Part shown: positions 24,101 through 34,000 of the stretch, piece by piece
How the letters are laid out: every line of letters begins with the position of its first letter
Position numbering within the stretch: position 1 is the stretch's first letter
From: Phoronis australis
Lineage: Eukaryota; Animalia; Phoronida
DNA: 64,000 nt
Reading direction: 5' to 3'
NCBI GenBank assembly: GCA_002633005.1
Contig: NMRA01000057.1
Span: forward strand, 684,434 to 748,433
The notes under the pieces: generated by a model
Database searches by the model: none
What the model saw: only the letters and a program-made list of their open reading frames with translations
Told to the model about the DNA's origin: nothing
Program-made: the position numbers and the translations under genes

Positions 24101-26194
24101 GATTGTGTTTTTTGTTTATGCAAGGTCGAATATTTGCTACAACATAAAAATTTTATCAATTTTGAGCCATCTCAATGAAGCATCTCAAATCGTAAGCTCG
24201 GTTATGACTTTTGTTGTGTAGCTATATTTGAAGCAGAGTCTTGAAGTTATATTCCCTTCATTTTGCTACATTTTATGCTCAGAAATGGAAGTTCAAAAAT
24301 CAATCGGTGGGTTTGTTAAATTGATTGTTTTAGAGGTCATAGTCAGTGGCCATGTTTTCTAGACGATAGTACTTTGTACTTTATATTTTCTAGCTGGTGT
24401 TGTTTTGTGTTTTTCTCTTTGTGTAATTTCCTCTTTAAGACTTTTCTCTGAAATTGCATTTGTTACAGAACTCAGTCTGTTCCTATATCGTGAATAGGCA
24501 AATGTGAAGTCTGCTGAATATTTCTTTGACTAGAACTTGACTCGCAGATTCATTTATTTTTCTATACCTTTCATTTTCCTTTTACTTTTTGGTTGCTTTT
24601 GATGTTATTTTAGTCACATTAAGGCTTTGATAAGTTGCTTTTTTCCTCCTGTGGTCTGCCTCATCCAGCGGATGATCAGATATTGTTGAGGATAATGTTT
24701 CATAACACAGTGCGTAGTCATTTTAAGTCTCAGTATAACTAATCGTCTGTCACAAAACATGACATCCTCTTTTACATGAACAGTTGTCTCATTGCCACGA
24801 TGTCAAATTTCTAAAGAAACTAATAGATAACTATGAAGCTATGAATCACTTGAATTTTTATGGTATGGTGTCTTTAAACATGTTGCTTGTTGCTGACTGA
24901 CCTGCCAACTGTGGTATTCATCAGGGTCCTCATGGCACATTCTTTGCAGTGTTCTTGATCAAAAGTTATTATAATTGTATAATCATATAAATTTTTGTCA
25001 TTAAAAATCAGAATCTGTCAATGCTCACAGTGCATTTCCTGTTTCGTTACACTCATTGCACCTATCCAAGTGAATATTGTTGTTTTTAATTGTCTTCACT
25101 AGGGAGCGTTGGTGTTCAGCAATAGTAGTTATGTTGTATAAGAATGCTGTGTTATTTTATCTCCATTCAAGTGAATGCTGTTTTCCAAATAGCACCTTTG
25201 GGCAGATTTTTGGCTTGTTTGTGCTCTTAATATTCAAAGATGACCATGAAATCACCAAAGCGCAGTTTAAAGGTATTCTGTTATTCCATTTCTCTTTGGG
25301 CATTCCTGTGTGCATCCTTTGTCAAATGTATTAATTTACTCTTGACTTTTTCTCGTTTGTAGGAGATGAAACATCTTTGGCGGATCCAGACGAGGTTCTC
25401 AACCGATTCATGGCTAAACAGGACTTCAACAGGTATGAGTTAAAGGACCTTATTGCAAATGCACGATGGAGAAATGTAATATTTAAAAGGATACCAAACT
25501 TGGTTTTGGCCTGTTAACAGATACTAAAAATGACTTTCCCATCCAGTTTACTTAAACAAAATAATGTTCTGTAACCCTCGACAACCCTTGAGATTTTGGA
25601 GAAAAATTTGATTTGCAACTCCTTAGAAAGTCTGCTAAAGGGGCAAGCGTAACCTAGTATGCTTTTAGCGAATTGCAGGCAACTATGGGAAAAGACCACA
25701 ATATCCAATTTGTGAAATAGGGAGTATGAATTTTTAGTTGATTCCTGCCTTTAGCTTGGAAGATTGACGCTGGTGGTGTATCAGCAGGTGACAGAACGAG
25801 GATTGATTGAAATCATCAAAACGGGGTTTAGTATCCTTTTATATTCAGCGACTCTGTTAAGCTCTTACTTTTCGAGGCTCAAAACTCTGATTCTTTTGTT
25901 TTCAGTGGATTTCTGTGGCCTTTCTCAAACAAAAATAGAGAATAAAGGTCACCAAGTTCACTTTGGCATCCAAGAACATGTCCTCGTTGATACAGTGTTT
26001 GCCAAAACATCATTGTGATGCATAGTAAAAACATGACAACTGAATTGTTCCGTGTTTGCTCATTGTATGATTGAAAACAGCTATCTTCTGAAACGTAACT
26101 GGCATCTGACTGATCTGGACTCATTTGTTTCAGACCCCCCTCTGGCCAAACTCTGCAGGATGATACCTGGCTGAGACCAGACAGTCGTTACTAG
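6..26194 (+). CDS. CSPP1: CSPP1 orthologue, 3' part of a spliced CDS (5' end lies outside the window). Exons: 6-155, 5753-5899, 6411-6473, 6707-6772, (7107-7124?), 8678-8836, 10051-10088, 10650-10741, 11752-11880, 16578-16643 and/or 17187-17279, 19886-20049, 23651-23750, 25363-25432, 26134-26194
   Basis: All exons have AG acceptors, all internal exons have GT donors, and phases join in frame. Peptides match the vertebrate CSPP1 C-terminal half as I recall it: IEEKKRK...EEYEAEQKRQREKEEE; SPPVPA...VLNQLARMRQQLQSER; EFNKLKHR; MYPESP...LERQQRALLKQQQ; ARQRRR; LDADKITQKNQDRLRRL; DETSLADPDEVL; TWLRP. Confidence 0.85.
1391..1787. mobile_element. Non-autonomous hAT-type MITE
   Basis: 15-bp TIRs caggcctttatgcag / ctggataaaggcctg (1 mismatch) flanked by a perfect 8-bp target-site duplication gtaatggg (1383-1390 and 1788-1795). 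Confidence 0.85.
2410..2522 (-). CDS. Nested C-type lectin, coding exon 2 (GQPDNWYQNDDCLEMWGDRFKWNDLTCTEKRSFICEI*)
   Basis: ttttag acceptor ending at 2523. The phase-1 join to exon 1 restores the QPD and WND motifs and the terminal cysteines of a CTLD. TAA at 2412-2410. Confidence 0.9.
3573..4218 (-). CDS. Nested secreted C-type lectin, coding exon 1 (signal peptide, CPC motif, coiled-coil neck, N-terminal part of CTLD); 252 aa after splicing
   Basis: Signal peptide MVSRISIAFLLFIQCLSVQA; heptad-rich stalk; CPYGF...SCY...W..A...C...HLATIETSEE...FWLGG...WVW...FTNW; gtgaga donor at 3572. Confidence 0.9.
5753..5899 (+). CDS. CSPP1: CSPP1 exon (EQRKNEEIKRQAEEKRQEAERQRKEAEEKR...)
   Basis: ctcag acceptor, gtgaga donor, 147 nt, phase 0-0. 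Confidence 0.85.
6411..6473 (+). CDS. CSPP1: CSPP1 exon (EAQRQKSPPIPTMRSKTVAPT)
   Basis: tttcag acceptor, gtaagt donor, 63 nt. Confidence 0.8.
6707..6772 (+). CDS. CSPP1: CSPP1 exon (EARTDSPPVPAARSKTEPDSVS)
   Basis: atag acceptor, gtgagt donor, 66 nt; same SPP(V/I)P..RSK motif as the previous exon. Confidence 0.75.
7107..7124 (+). CDS. CSPP1: Candidate 18-nt microexon (RPASKQ)
   Basis: ctaat branch-point-like sequence, attcag acceptor, CAG/gtaaac donor, phase 0-0. Confidence 0.4.
7326..7563 (-). mobile_element. tRNA-derived SINE-like fragment between short direct repeats
   Basis: Minus strand has A-box-like TGGCTCAGTG and B-box-like GGTTTGAGTCC (about 7395-7445); gcaaacattttaag repeated at 7326 and 7536. 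Confidence 0.45.
8678..8836 (+). CDS. CSPP1: CSPP1 exon (LRGRTSPPVPAV...VLNQLARMRQQLQSERLRVESALRKKK)
   Basis: ctccag acceptor, gtaatt donor, 159 nt. Confidence 0.85.
9096..9189. repeat. Two-copy ~47-bp tandem duplication
   Basis: tgcacttcactgacttggtca...tgatgtagaactggagact occurs twice in tandem. Confidence 0.8.
10051..10088 (+). CDS. CSPP1: CSPP1 exon (DDVEVYDPRLSKA)
   Basis: Polypyrimidine tract + tag acceptor, gtaagt donor, phase 0-2. Confidence 0.8.
10650..10741 (+). CDS. CSPP1: CSPP1 exon (PIIQAPIIGSTRPERVNSHNAAEFNKLKHR)
   Basis: tacag acceptor, gtatgc donor, phase 2-1 matching its neighbours. Confidence 0.8.
11752..11880 (+). CDS. CSPP1: CSPP1 exon (GSPSRQEFRSMYPESPSTNSQLERQQRALLKQQQDNLFSLQQG)
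   Basis: caacag acceptor, gtaggt donor, phase 1-1; conserved MYP..P....LE.QQ.ALL motif. Confidence 0.85.
12005..12259. mobile_element. MITE with ~50-bp imperfect TIRs (possibly PIF/Harbinger-like); second copy 14012-14266, related end fragment about 60449-60495
   Basis: ggggcatgtttcttgaacaatgacttgagacttaaatcacaaatttggtct matches the reverse complement of agatcaaatttctggcttaagtctcaactctctgttcatcaaacagactcc. Confidence 0.6.
15272..15408. repeat. (CAGTA)n microsatellite
   Basis: Long run of cagta units; only about 2-3 units at the equivalent site of the first duplicate copy (about 13249-13262). Confidence 0.95.
16578..16643 (+). CDS. CSPP1: CSPP1 exon, variant 1 (SDDPIDGRTSPSSRLQAETAYIG)
   Basis: cacctag acceptor, gttggt donor, phase 1-1. 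Confidence 0.65.
   Translation: MMTPLMDEPVPPPGCRLKQLI
17187..17279 (+). CDS. CSPP1: CSPP1 exon, variant 2 (LNKDPSAAMFDANQNLARTKSLLNSKSTFVG)
   Basis: ttatag acceptor, gttagt donor, phase 1-1. Confidence 0.7.
17759..19489 (+). mobile_element. Helentron-associated non-autonomous element (HINE/DINE-1-like) with an internal satellite of ~150-bp subunits in a ~445-bp higher-order period
   Basis: 5' T-run; subterminal inverted repeat atgtgcccac (17767-17776) / gtggacgcat (17787-17796); short tccg/tcca microsatellite; tandem units recurring at about 17920, 18370, 18815 and 19260; 3' subTIR gtgggcgcat (19455-19464), hairpin caatgctctgcgttg, then cttgtt. Confidence 0.75.
19886..20049 (+). CDS. CSPP1: CSPP1 exon (ELESGIKRFPNDFDDLPKHRKNEPARQRRREKRR...KPTPR)
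   Basis: tttcag acceptor, gtaagt donor, phase 1-0. Confidence 0.8.
20726..21511 (+). CDS. CSPP1: Probable alternative terminal exon of CSPP1 encoding a ~260-aa Asp/Glu-rich low-complexity tail
   Basis: accag acceptor ending at 20725, phase 0 like the preceding donor. Long open frame ERITPTPSPRPRTSG...DDDDD...KAE*. UTR-like T-rich sequence follows, with AATAAA at 23239-23244, before the next conserved exon. Confidence 0.65.
   Translation, partial: ERITPTPSPRPRTSGTPQRASVSPVRPNANDSKADHNDSIDPLLLKSDDFDGSETEPSVRASEENDNEELSDGSVTEVEDEGNGEPDEIDYESDDTIQGEAKKVGESEQKVESKGQEELEGEDVESEEEVEETESVQDDAKNNVGDEDDDDDNNEDDDDDDDDDDNSEIKKGEDNKVGGDKAVDDDKDDDDDDIDGEDDDGDNNDQKQSGSGKKNSPSGRDKAKKDDDEGDDDDDEDDDGDVASEKEKPKTKGDQVDNKAE
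23651..23750 (+). CDS. CSPP1: CSPP1 exon (NNGSDVLGSSLSLDADKITQKNQDRLRRLRTLA)
   Basis: tttttatag acceptor, gtatgt donor, phase 0-1. Confidence 0.85.
25363..25432 (+). CDS. CSPP1: CSPP1 exon (GDETSLADPDEVLNRFMAKQDFN)
   Basis: tttgtag acceptor, gtatga donor, phase 1-2. Confidence 0.85.
26134..26194 (+). CDS. CSPP1: CSPP1 last coding exon (RPPSGQTLQDDTWLRPDSRY*)
   Basis: tttcag acceptor, phase 2, TAG at 26192-26194; WLRP motif. Confidence 0.85.
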
Positions 26195-28544
26195 ATAACA
26201 CTGCATGACTCCCAGGTGGCCGTGGACTCCATTGTTCAACATCGACAATCTGACATAGTGACACAGTGCTAGGGTGCCATTGCAACTGTTGGACACTTGG
26301 AGACTGGCAAACAAACTTAAACCATTGGTCATTGAGACATGACTCCTGGCGCCCTCTGACTTCACTGGTGCTCAGTCCACTAACGATACTATTAAACTGA
26401 TGAGTGTACCCTTACTCCATTTTATGTATAGTAGGACTGCAAGTTGATGATAGGGGTCGCCTCTGTTGCTCATGACCAGTTGCCATTGCTTCATGGCAAC
26501 TGCCCATTTACGACTTGTGAGCAATGTCCTTTCTAAATCAAGTTAACATAACCAGTGATGAGCAGTTTTCCTCTGGTTGCAGCCTCTTAATAATTATACA
26601 ACTGGAGTTATTGTCTCTGTCAGAAACACAATTATAACAAGAATTCTTCGGTTTAAGACAATTTGACAGACAAATAGAATTCTGTTTCATAAAATATTTG
26701 TCTTATAAACAAAACGAAAAGTTAAGAAAAGTTCAATTCATTGCTAACAAGCGCTTAGAACTGAACCACTATCATCAATCAAATCAACACAGAATTTGAA
26801 ATTTTTAAGATTGCAGTGAGCCGTTGAAAACTAGAAAGTGTCAGTTTCGACAATAATGTTTGCCTTTGTCTGAAGTTAAAGAATTTTACTACAAGTGCCA
26901 TTTAACCGATCTCCCCTTACATTTGTGAAAAATGGCATGATACAATGGAATTTATGTTCGTACAGGAAGTAACTTTCTTGTGCCCTGTCAGCTTGCAGTT
27001 GTCAAATTTTATTATCTATGTCTCAACATAGAATTCATAGTACATGTGCAGTCGATTACTAAAACCAACTCAATTTGCCAGTTTAATGTTGGTAGCTATA
27101 CACATGGAGTTGTAAACAAATTAAGACAAGGATTTGTTAAATGTGTGTTTGTGCTGTTTGTGGCTTTTTGGCTGTGATTAGGAATTTTAGTTATTTTCAT
27201 GGCTGGAGTTGCCAGTTCAGACAGGCTGCTGGCATTCCTATGGTGATAGGATGTGTTTTTGGGGAGGAACACAAAATTATATTTTTTGTTAATTTTTCTG
27301 CTAACGGTAATTGCCTTCAGCTCACTGCTATGTCTATGTTACTAAATCAATATTCTACTGTGTCACACTTTAGCAATACAGATGACATGTCTCTGCGTAC
27401 AGACAAGCTGTTTAACTGAAAGCTCATGTATCAAGAAGTGGTGTTTAATTTTAATACTGAATACAAACTACAGTGTAGTTTTTGTGATCTTCCTTGGGTT
27501 TGTACAGCCCGTGTAATGCTCCCACTGGTTATCGCTGCAGTAGATGCCACAGAATAAATCGGAAAAATGACCCAGAATTCTATATCATTGTCATAGAGCA
27601 CTTACTAGTGGAATTTCCTGCCATGTTAATTGAGTGCACTGTGGAAATCACCCTCATAACAGCTGCAATAGTGGGTCATTTTATAATGGGAAACCTATTC
27701 TCCCATGTACTTGATTTTTGTAACATGCTTTGTAAAAATAAGACGCCAATACAGCTGCATCTGTTTTTCCTAGCTTAGTTTCAACATGAGTATTTGCCCT
27801 CTTGGTACTGACTTTTTCTCCTCAGATATCAATATCTACGTCACAAAGGTCATACTCGTGGGCTGTGCTGTTTACTGATTGTTGAACTTGATTCTTGGTT
27901 CTGCTATTGGAGGTAGAGGCCAAACTAAATATTTTAGAATTCAGCCATTTTGAAGACTTTAAACATTCCTATGCTGTTAAATTTGATAATTTTGTTTGTG
28001 ATTTTATAAGAACACTTTGCATGTTTTGGTATCAAAATTCCGTCCAGTTTATTTAATCTGTTCATTACTTAATGTACAGAAAAAAAATTCTTTTGGTGAA
28101 TATACCTGTACAGTTTGAACAAAAGAAAATCAGTTTCCACATACTATAATTTTAATAACAGAATTTTTAAAACTTGTGAGGTCTGGAAGACTAGAGCAGC
28201 GTTCGGTAGACCCAAGACACTGGCGAAGTAGAAATCTTTGCTTGTGAAAGGTATGTAGTGAATTCTGCACCATAACTCAACATCCCAATCCCACCGTCTA
28301 ATTACTTCAGTAACCGCTTTTTGCTAGGGTAGACTAGTAAGCTCTTCAGAATACTTGGGAAACACTGACTGTTCACTCACGTGATTTTGCGTTATCTAGT
28401 ACTTTTTACCAGTTTCTTGTGTCTGCGAACGCATCCTGGAACTTCTTTATCAATGTGATCGTAATAAGTCACGACATGCATTCTATTTTTATAACATTTC
28501 CGATTGTAAATATTTGAAGCTGTAAATAATACGTTTTTCTTGTA

Positions 28545-28550
28545 AATAAA
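28545..28550 (+). terminator. Probable polyadenylation signal of CSPP1 (about 2.35-kb 3' UTR)
   Basis: AATAAA preceded by repeated tgtaaata elements and followed by GT/T-rich sequence (about 28580-28610). Confidence 0.55.
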
Positions 28551-30555
28551 AGTTCGTGTCAATATTTCGGTAGAACATATTGTTTTTCTTTATCTCTTGT
28601 CACTTCTGTTGTGCCCGCTAGCTCAGTGCTAAGTATGGAAACATCACACTTAATAAGGCGAAGTGAAGTTGAAGTTGCGTTAAACTCGTGCTTTCTACCA
28701 AAAAATAATAAGTTTTGATTTAGTTGGCCATTAGGGCCTACTGTGAGGAAATTGATCTCAACTTGTCCCTTAGTCAAAATTGACCTGATTTCTGGATTTG
28801 GCAGCTGTGGTCAATTATTTCATCATTCCATAAGTCGGCGTCGTTTTATAGGGGAACACAGTGACAGAGCTCATATTGACGTTACCGACAAATCGCGGTG
28901 TGGCAATGTCGACGTGATGACCATGGCGGACATAGGCCTACCAAAGAACTTATGTTTCTCGTTACTTGTTCATAATCGTGTTCTGGAGAGCACATCTACC
29001 ATGTTCAGTGTTGATAATATACTGATATATTGCTTATTTATGGCGATCTAATGAAATCTGGATTCCTGTTCATGCAAACACAACTATGTCCTCAAAACTG
29101 CATCTGACGACAAGCTTGCCTGATATTCCAGATGTTTCGGACACATAAATTCACACGAAAAGCGTATGCAAGTCTGGTAATGGCTTCTGGTCACAATAAA
29201 TGAGCGCTATAACATATGAAACGGAAGTACTAAGTCAACACCTTGGAGATTTGGCGTGTGTGCTATTTTACATTCTCAACCCTTTGCAAACATGGTATAT
29301 ATAGAATGAAGGTAGCAGAACAGCCGATTTTTATTAAACTTTCCTTCTTAGAAAAAATTTTATTACACAATATGTAAGACGTGACTCAAAGTAAGATTTA
29401 CAGTTACGTATAATAGGTGAACTTTGTTGAATTAAATGAGTTAAATATAGTGTCACAGTGCACACAACAATTAAGACAAGTGACGTGTAAAGTTTACAGC
29501 AGCTGAAGAGAACACAATCCATGCGTTTAAAAGAAATTGCTCAATTGACAAGAATCAAATACATTGTAACACGTTTAAATTACAAATGGGTGAGTTACAT
29601 TATGTACTTAAATACTGAAGGCCATTCACTACGCGATGCATATATTTAACGCGGCAAATTGCCATGAATATCACTCAGGTGGCATCAGCAATTACTGAAA
29701 ACATGCAATCAAAAGGTTTAGAAACATTTATTTTAAGAGGTAGTGGTGAATGACGTACGTCAAATATCTGTTAATAAATTGAATATTTCTCTCTATAATG
29801 ACTACACAACATTGGGGAGTGCTAAATTAGATTACCTTTTAGGTGTTAACACCCGCCCTAATGAAATGTACTTTAAAATGTTAACTGACTGGATAGTCAT
29901 AAGTGAAGTACCTGTATGTCGGCTTGTTCATCCTCCAATCAACGAATTGAACGGTAAGAGTACTTTACGCCTGTATTGACATCACTTTTTACGTCTGCTC
30001 AGCCACAACGTGAAAACTTAGAGGAACGCGGGTCTGTTTCGTGATAAGGGAATTAAAGATAACTCAGAAACCTCGTCTCACATTCCACACAACCCGTTTC
30101 CAAAATAATGTCAACTCAGCAAAGTACAAAGTCTCCAATATTGCCAATTAATCAAATAACACTTAAGTTATTCCTAAAATGTGATATTGATAATTCCTTC
30201 GCATTTATGGTCTAAGAATGTAAGACTATATTCTGATGTTTTCATGAAACATGCACCCTGTCATTTGAAGAACCACTTTGAAAGAATACCCTTAAGCAAA
30301 GACAATGTATTTGCATAGCGTTCTATTTTCAAAAAATATATACTTTTATAGAGCCAGTTTGGCTAAATGCACAATCTTGTAGCCAAAGTTCTACTTCATA
30401 GCATTGAAAGAACCTCCTTTACAACGGATACCTGATTTCTTTTGATAATGTCAAAATAATTTTACGCCTACTCAAATTTAAGGCAAAACCTTTCTGCCCT
30501 AGTTGATTTTTCAAGAATCGTAAAACACTGCTTTACGCCATTCAAACTTTTGTGA

Positions 30556-30609
30556 GACACGCGCGCGCATGTACACGCACACACACACGCACGCACGCAC
30601 ACAAACGCA
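30556..30609. repeat. CA/CG-type compound microsatellite
   Basis: cacgcgcgcgcatgtacacgcacacacacacgcacgcacgcacac. Confidence 0.85.
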
Positions 30610-31004
30610 GCAAGTATTCCGCACTTCCCCAGAAAATCTAGACACCGTGCTTTTTATTCCAAGCAAGAATATTTGTTTCCACAGGATAGCGAATGGATCC
30701 TAAATTGAAATCGTCGGAGTTTTGTTTCAGCTAAATGTATGTGTTTGTACATATTTTACAGCACCAGATGAGCTATATTTTTCGCTAAGTGGGAAATTAT
30801 GGCACCTTATCGGAAACAGCTTGGCTATATTGCTTAAATAGCCCTATGAATCCTCCAGAATGTTATGGTCATAAGACATCATCAAAACGTATTACAAAAC
30901 GCCTCATTATTAATATTACTGTCACAAAATCGACTCAATTTTGATTTTAGCCATTCTATTCGCCAAATTCGGGTCCAACAACTTTAAATGAATCGCAGTT
31001 CAAA

Positions 31005-34000
31005 CTAGCCTTTTCTCCTCCAAAAGAACTCGATGTTGTTTTCAACAGACGCATCCCTCATACGTTTCAAAGACATTTTCTCAACCACAACTCTGTTAAC
31101 TGCCTTCCGAAATTCCTGTTCATTTTCAAAGGTGCTTTCCATTTTTTTCGCTACTTCGGCTACTTTCTCGACACTAGTTTTTGGAAATTTTTTACTAAGT
31201 TTTTCCAGCGCCTTTTCCGTATTTTGTCCTTTAAACAGCTTCGAGAAAAAAGAATGCCAGAGACCGTCCGACAAGTAATCCTTTTTCGAGTAGATTTGGT
31301 CGAAACCCACAATGCACGTCACGTGATAACTAGTCTTCCACTCTTTACATTCTTTGGCAAGGTATTCTATACAGCTCATTGCATCACTTGCTGCGTGACG
31401 GGTGCAGGGTGAGTTTTTCGTAAAGATAAACAGTTTGCAAGGGGACTCATTACTGCAAGATGTAAACTTATCTGGTTTGATTTTTTCCACCAGGTGTCGC
31501 TCAGTATGTTTCATATTTTCTTTTCCTTTAGATTTGTCTTTGTTCTCCGGTATATCACTTATGCTTATCTTGTCCTTGTGTTCAAATTTTCCATTGCGTT
31601 TGATTCCAATTACGCTGTATTGATTATTATAACCAACGTTTTTCAATAATTCGTCAAAATCTGAATTCTCGTCAAATATTTTACCGTCTTCCGGTTTTCT
31701 TAAATACGCATTGAAATCTTCCAATGCATCACTTGATTCCTGCGAATCTGTGTTACAGAGTTTCTTTCCACCACTACCTCTGCGAATTCTACACAATATT
31801 TTTTTGTTGGGGATCTTACGGTGCTTTATTCCTTTAACAGCGTCTTCGCCACGTCTGGCCAAGTCGTCAAATTTCGATTTCAATTGAAACTTAAACTGCT
31901 CACCAATAGACTTGGTTTTCGCTAGCAATCGACGTGGCAAATTCTTCAGTAGCCGCTTTAAATTGTAAGACCATTTTCCAGGACTACTTTTCAACACTAG
32001 ACGCCCAAGCCTTTTCCCGTGCGTTTTCACAGAACGAACGCTTGATTTCAGAATGGCCTTGATGCCTGTTAATGATGACTTGAGGTGTAACTTCATTGCC
32101 GAAATTGAACTTTTTATTTTCAACTGGAAAGTGTGTTTCAAACCATTCCTCGCTAAATTTTTGAATCCATACTTAACGCTCCCAATGGATTTCTTAATCA
32201 TGGCCTTTCCGACTTTGAGCACAGCCTTTAAGCCTACTTTTACGCCATATTTCATTCCTGTTTTTATTCCATGTGCCAATGCAGCGGCTGTACCTCCACT
32301 CAGCAAAGTTACGACATCCATCGCCAAGTCTATAGCAAAGTTTTGCAGTGCTTCTTTTGTTACTTCTGGACAATCTTTGGCGGAATAAGCAACCGCCCTG
32401 AATAGATTATAAAGCCAACTTATGATGGGAATGGCGCCAATAACCTGTGAAGCTGTCTCTTCGCCTTTGTCATAGCATCTGGTGCAGCGCATCAATTTGT
32501 CATCTTTATAATACGCAGATTCTGTAAACCAAGTCCATTTCTGTGCCTTTGAATTTTGACGATCCGCAACTCTGACTTTTCCGCCGGAAGCTTCCAAGAA
32601 CTTTGAACCATACAGCCAGTGCTTTATTTTTCCGTTAAGCATCATCTCCCAATGCTGGCGTGGTTCATGCGAGTATGTTGGTTCAAGAGTCAGCGCTAAG
32701 TTTGACGTCACTGACAAACTCTTACGCTCAGCAATATTGATAAGATGATCGTTTCGGATAAGCCAGAGCATTCCTGGCTCAATTTTAATCTTACTGTTCA
32801 CAACTTTAACTTGTCTACTTTTCGTGGTCAGGAGATCACAGCTTTCATATTCACTCCTGATGATGTAACGATCTATTGTTTGGCTGGAGATGCAGTGAAG
32901 TCGGTTCGGGTTATCTAACCCATCCTTTACACTCACGAATACCCAGCTTTGATATGATTGACTATACCTGGACAACACGGACATGAACACACCTCCGTGA
33001 TCATGTGAGAAAGTAATACCGCTACTAGGATAACCCTTCAACGTGATTTTTGCGTTCTCGTAAGACCACTTGTCAGGCGACTCCGGTAGTAGTACAATCG
33101 TGTCGTAAGAAACTGAAAGTGAATGTGCGGTTCTGGCATTGGTTATTCTATCGCCATTCCAGTACCAAAGCTGACTATGCAAATTGCTGGTATTCAAAGG
33201 TCGAAGACGAACTTCCATCTCACTATCTACGGCAGTCAACAACTCACATGGTTCCACAGATGACTGTATGAAAAAGGGACAAAAGACATCTTCAAGTGAT
33301 GCACTTTTTATATCTATGAACTCCCAGCGGCCCGGTTGCTTCGTGTTACAACCAGCACTTGCGACAATATTTTGACCGATCTCAGTGCTAGAAAGGAAAC
33401 ATGATCTGTCGAAGAAGCTCTGAATAGAAAAAGAACCACTCGTCGTCGCACTCCATCGCTGGCGAAACGAGAAAGCGTGCTCGTTCCACATTGTGACTTC
33501 AAAGTGGCTATCAGGCAAATGTTCTGAAACCATCAGCACAAGACCGCTGCCGGCATTCACGATGTGGTTGCGACGGATAAACCAAAGCTGATTGTTGATA
33601 TTAGTATTGTCTAAACGTTTGAAGACCGGTGAAGTACCTTTATCTGTCCCAGTCAGAACAACACAAGGTCGTTCGCTGTGTTGCAACAAAAAATACTTTT
33701 CAGGACTGATTAATTCTGAGCATGACAAAAAGTCAGAGAAGTTTCGTTTCAGATTGACAAATACCCATCGTGTGTTTTCCATACTGCCATCTCTACGCAC
33801 CACCGCACGTCCGTCGTTGTTTGGGTCAAATCCAAGAGCACCAGAGTATCTCGACTGCATAACAATTCTCTGCGTTGATTGTTGGTAGAACATAGTAGCA
33901 TTTAAGCTCGGGTTTTTTCTCAGCGTCACCACATCATCAGAGAACGAAACCTGGAGACCGCTGTTCAAGTGCACCAAGCCATGATTTTTCCAGAAGAAAA

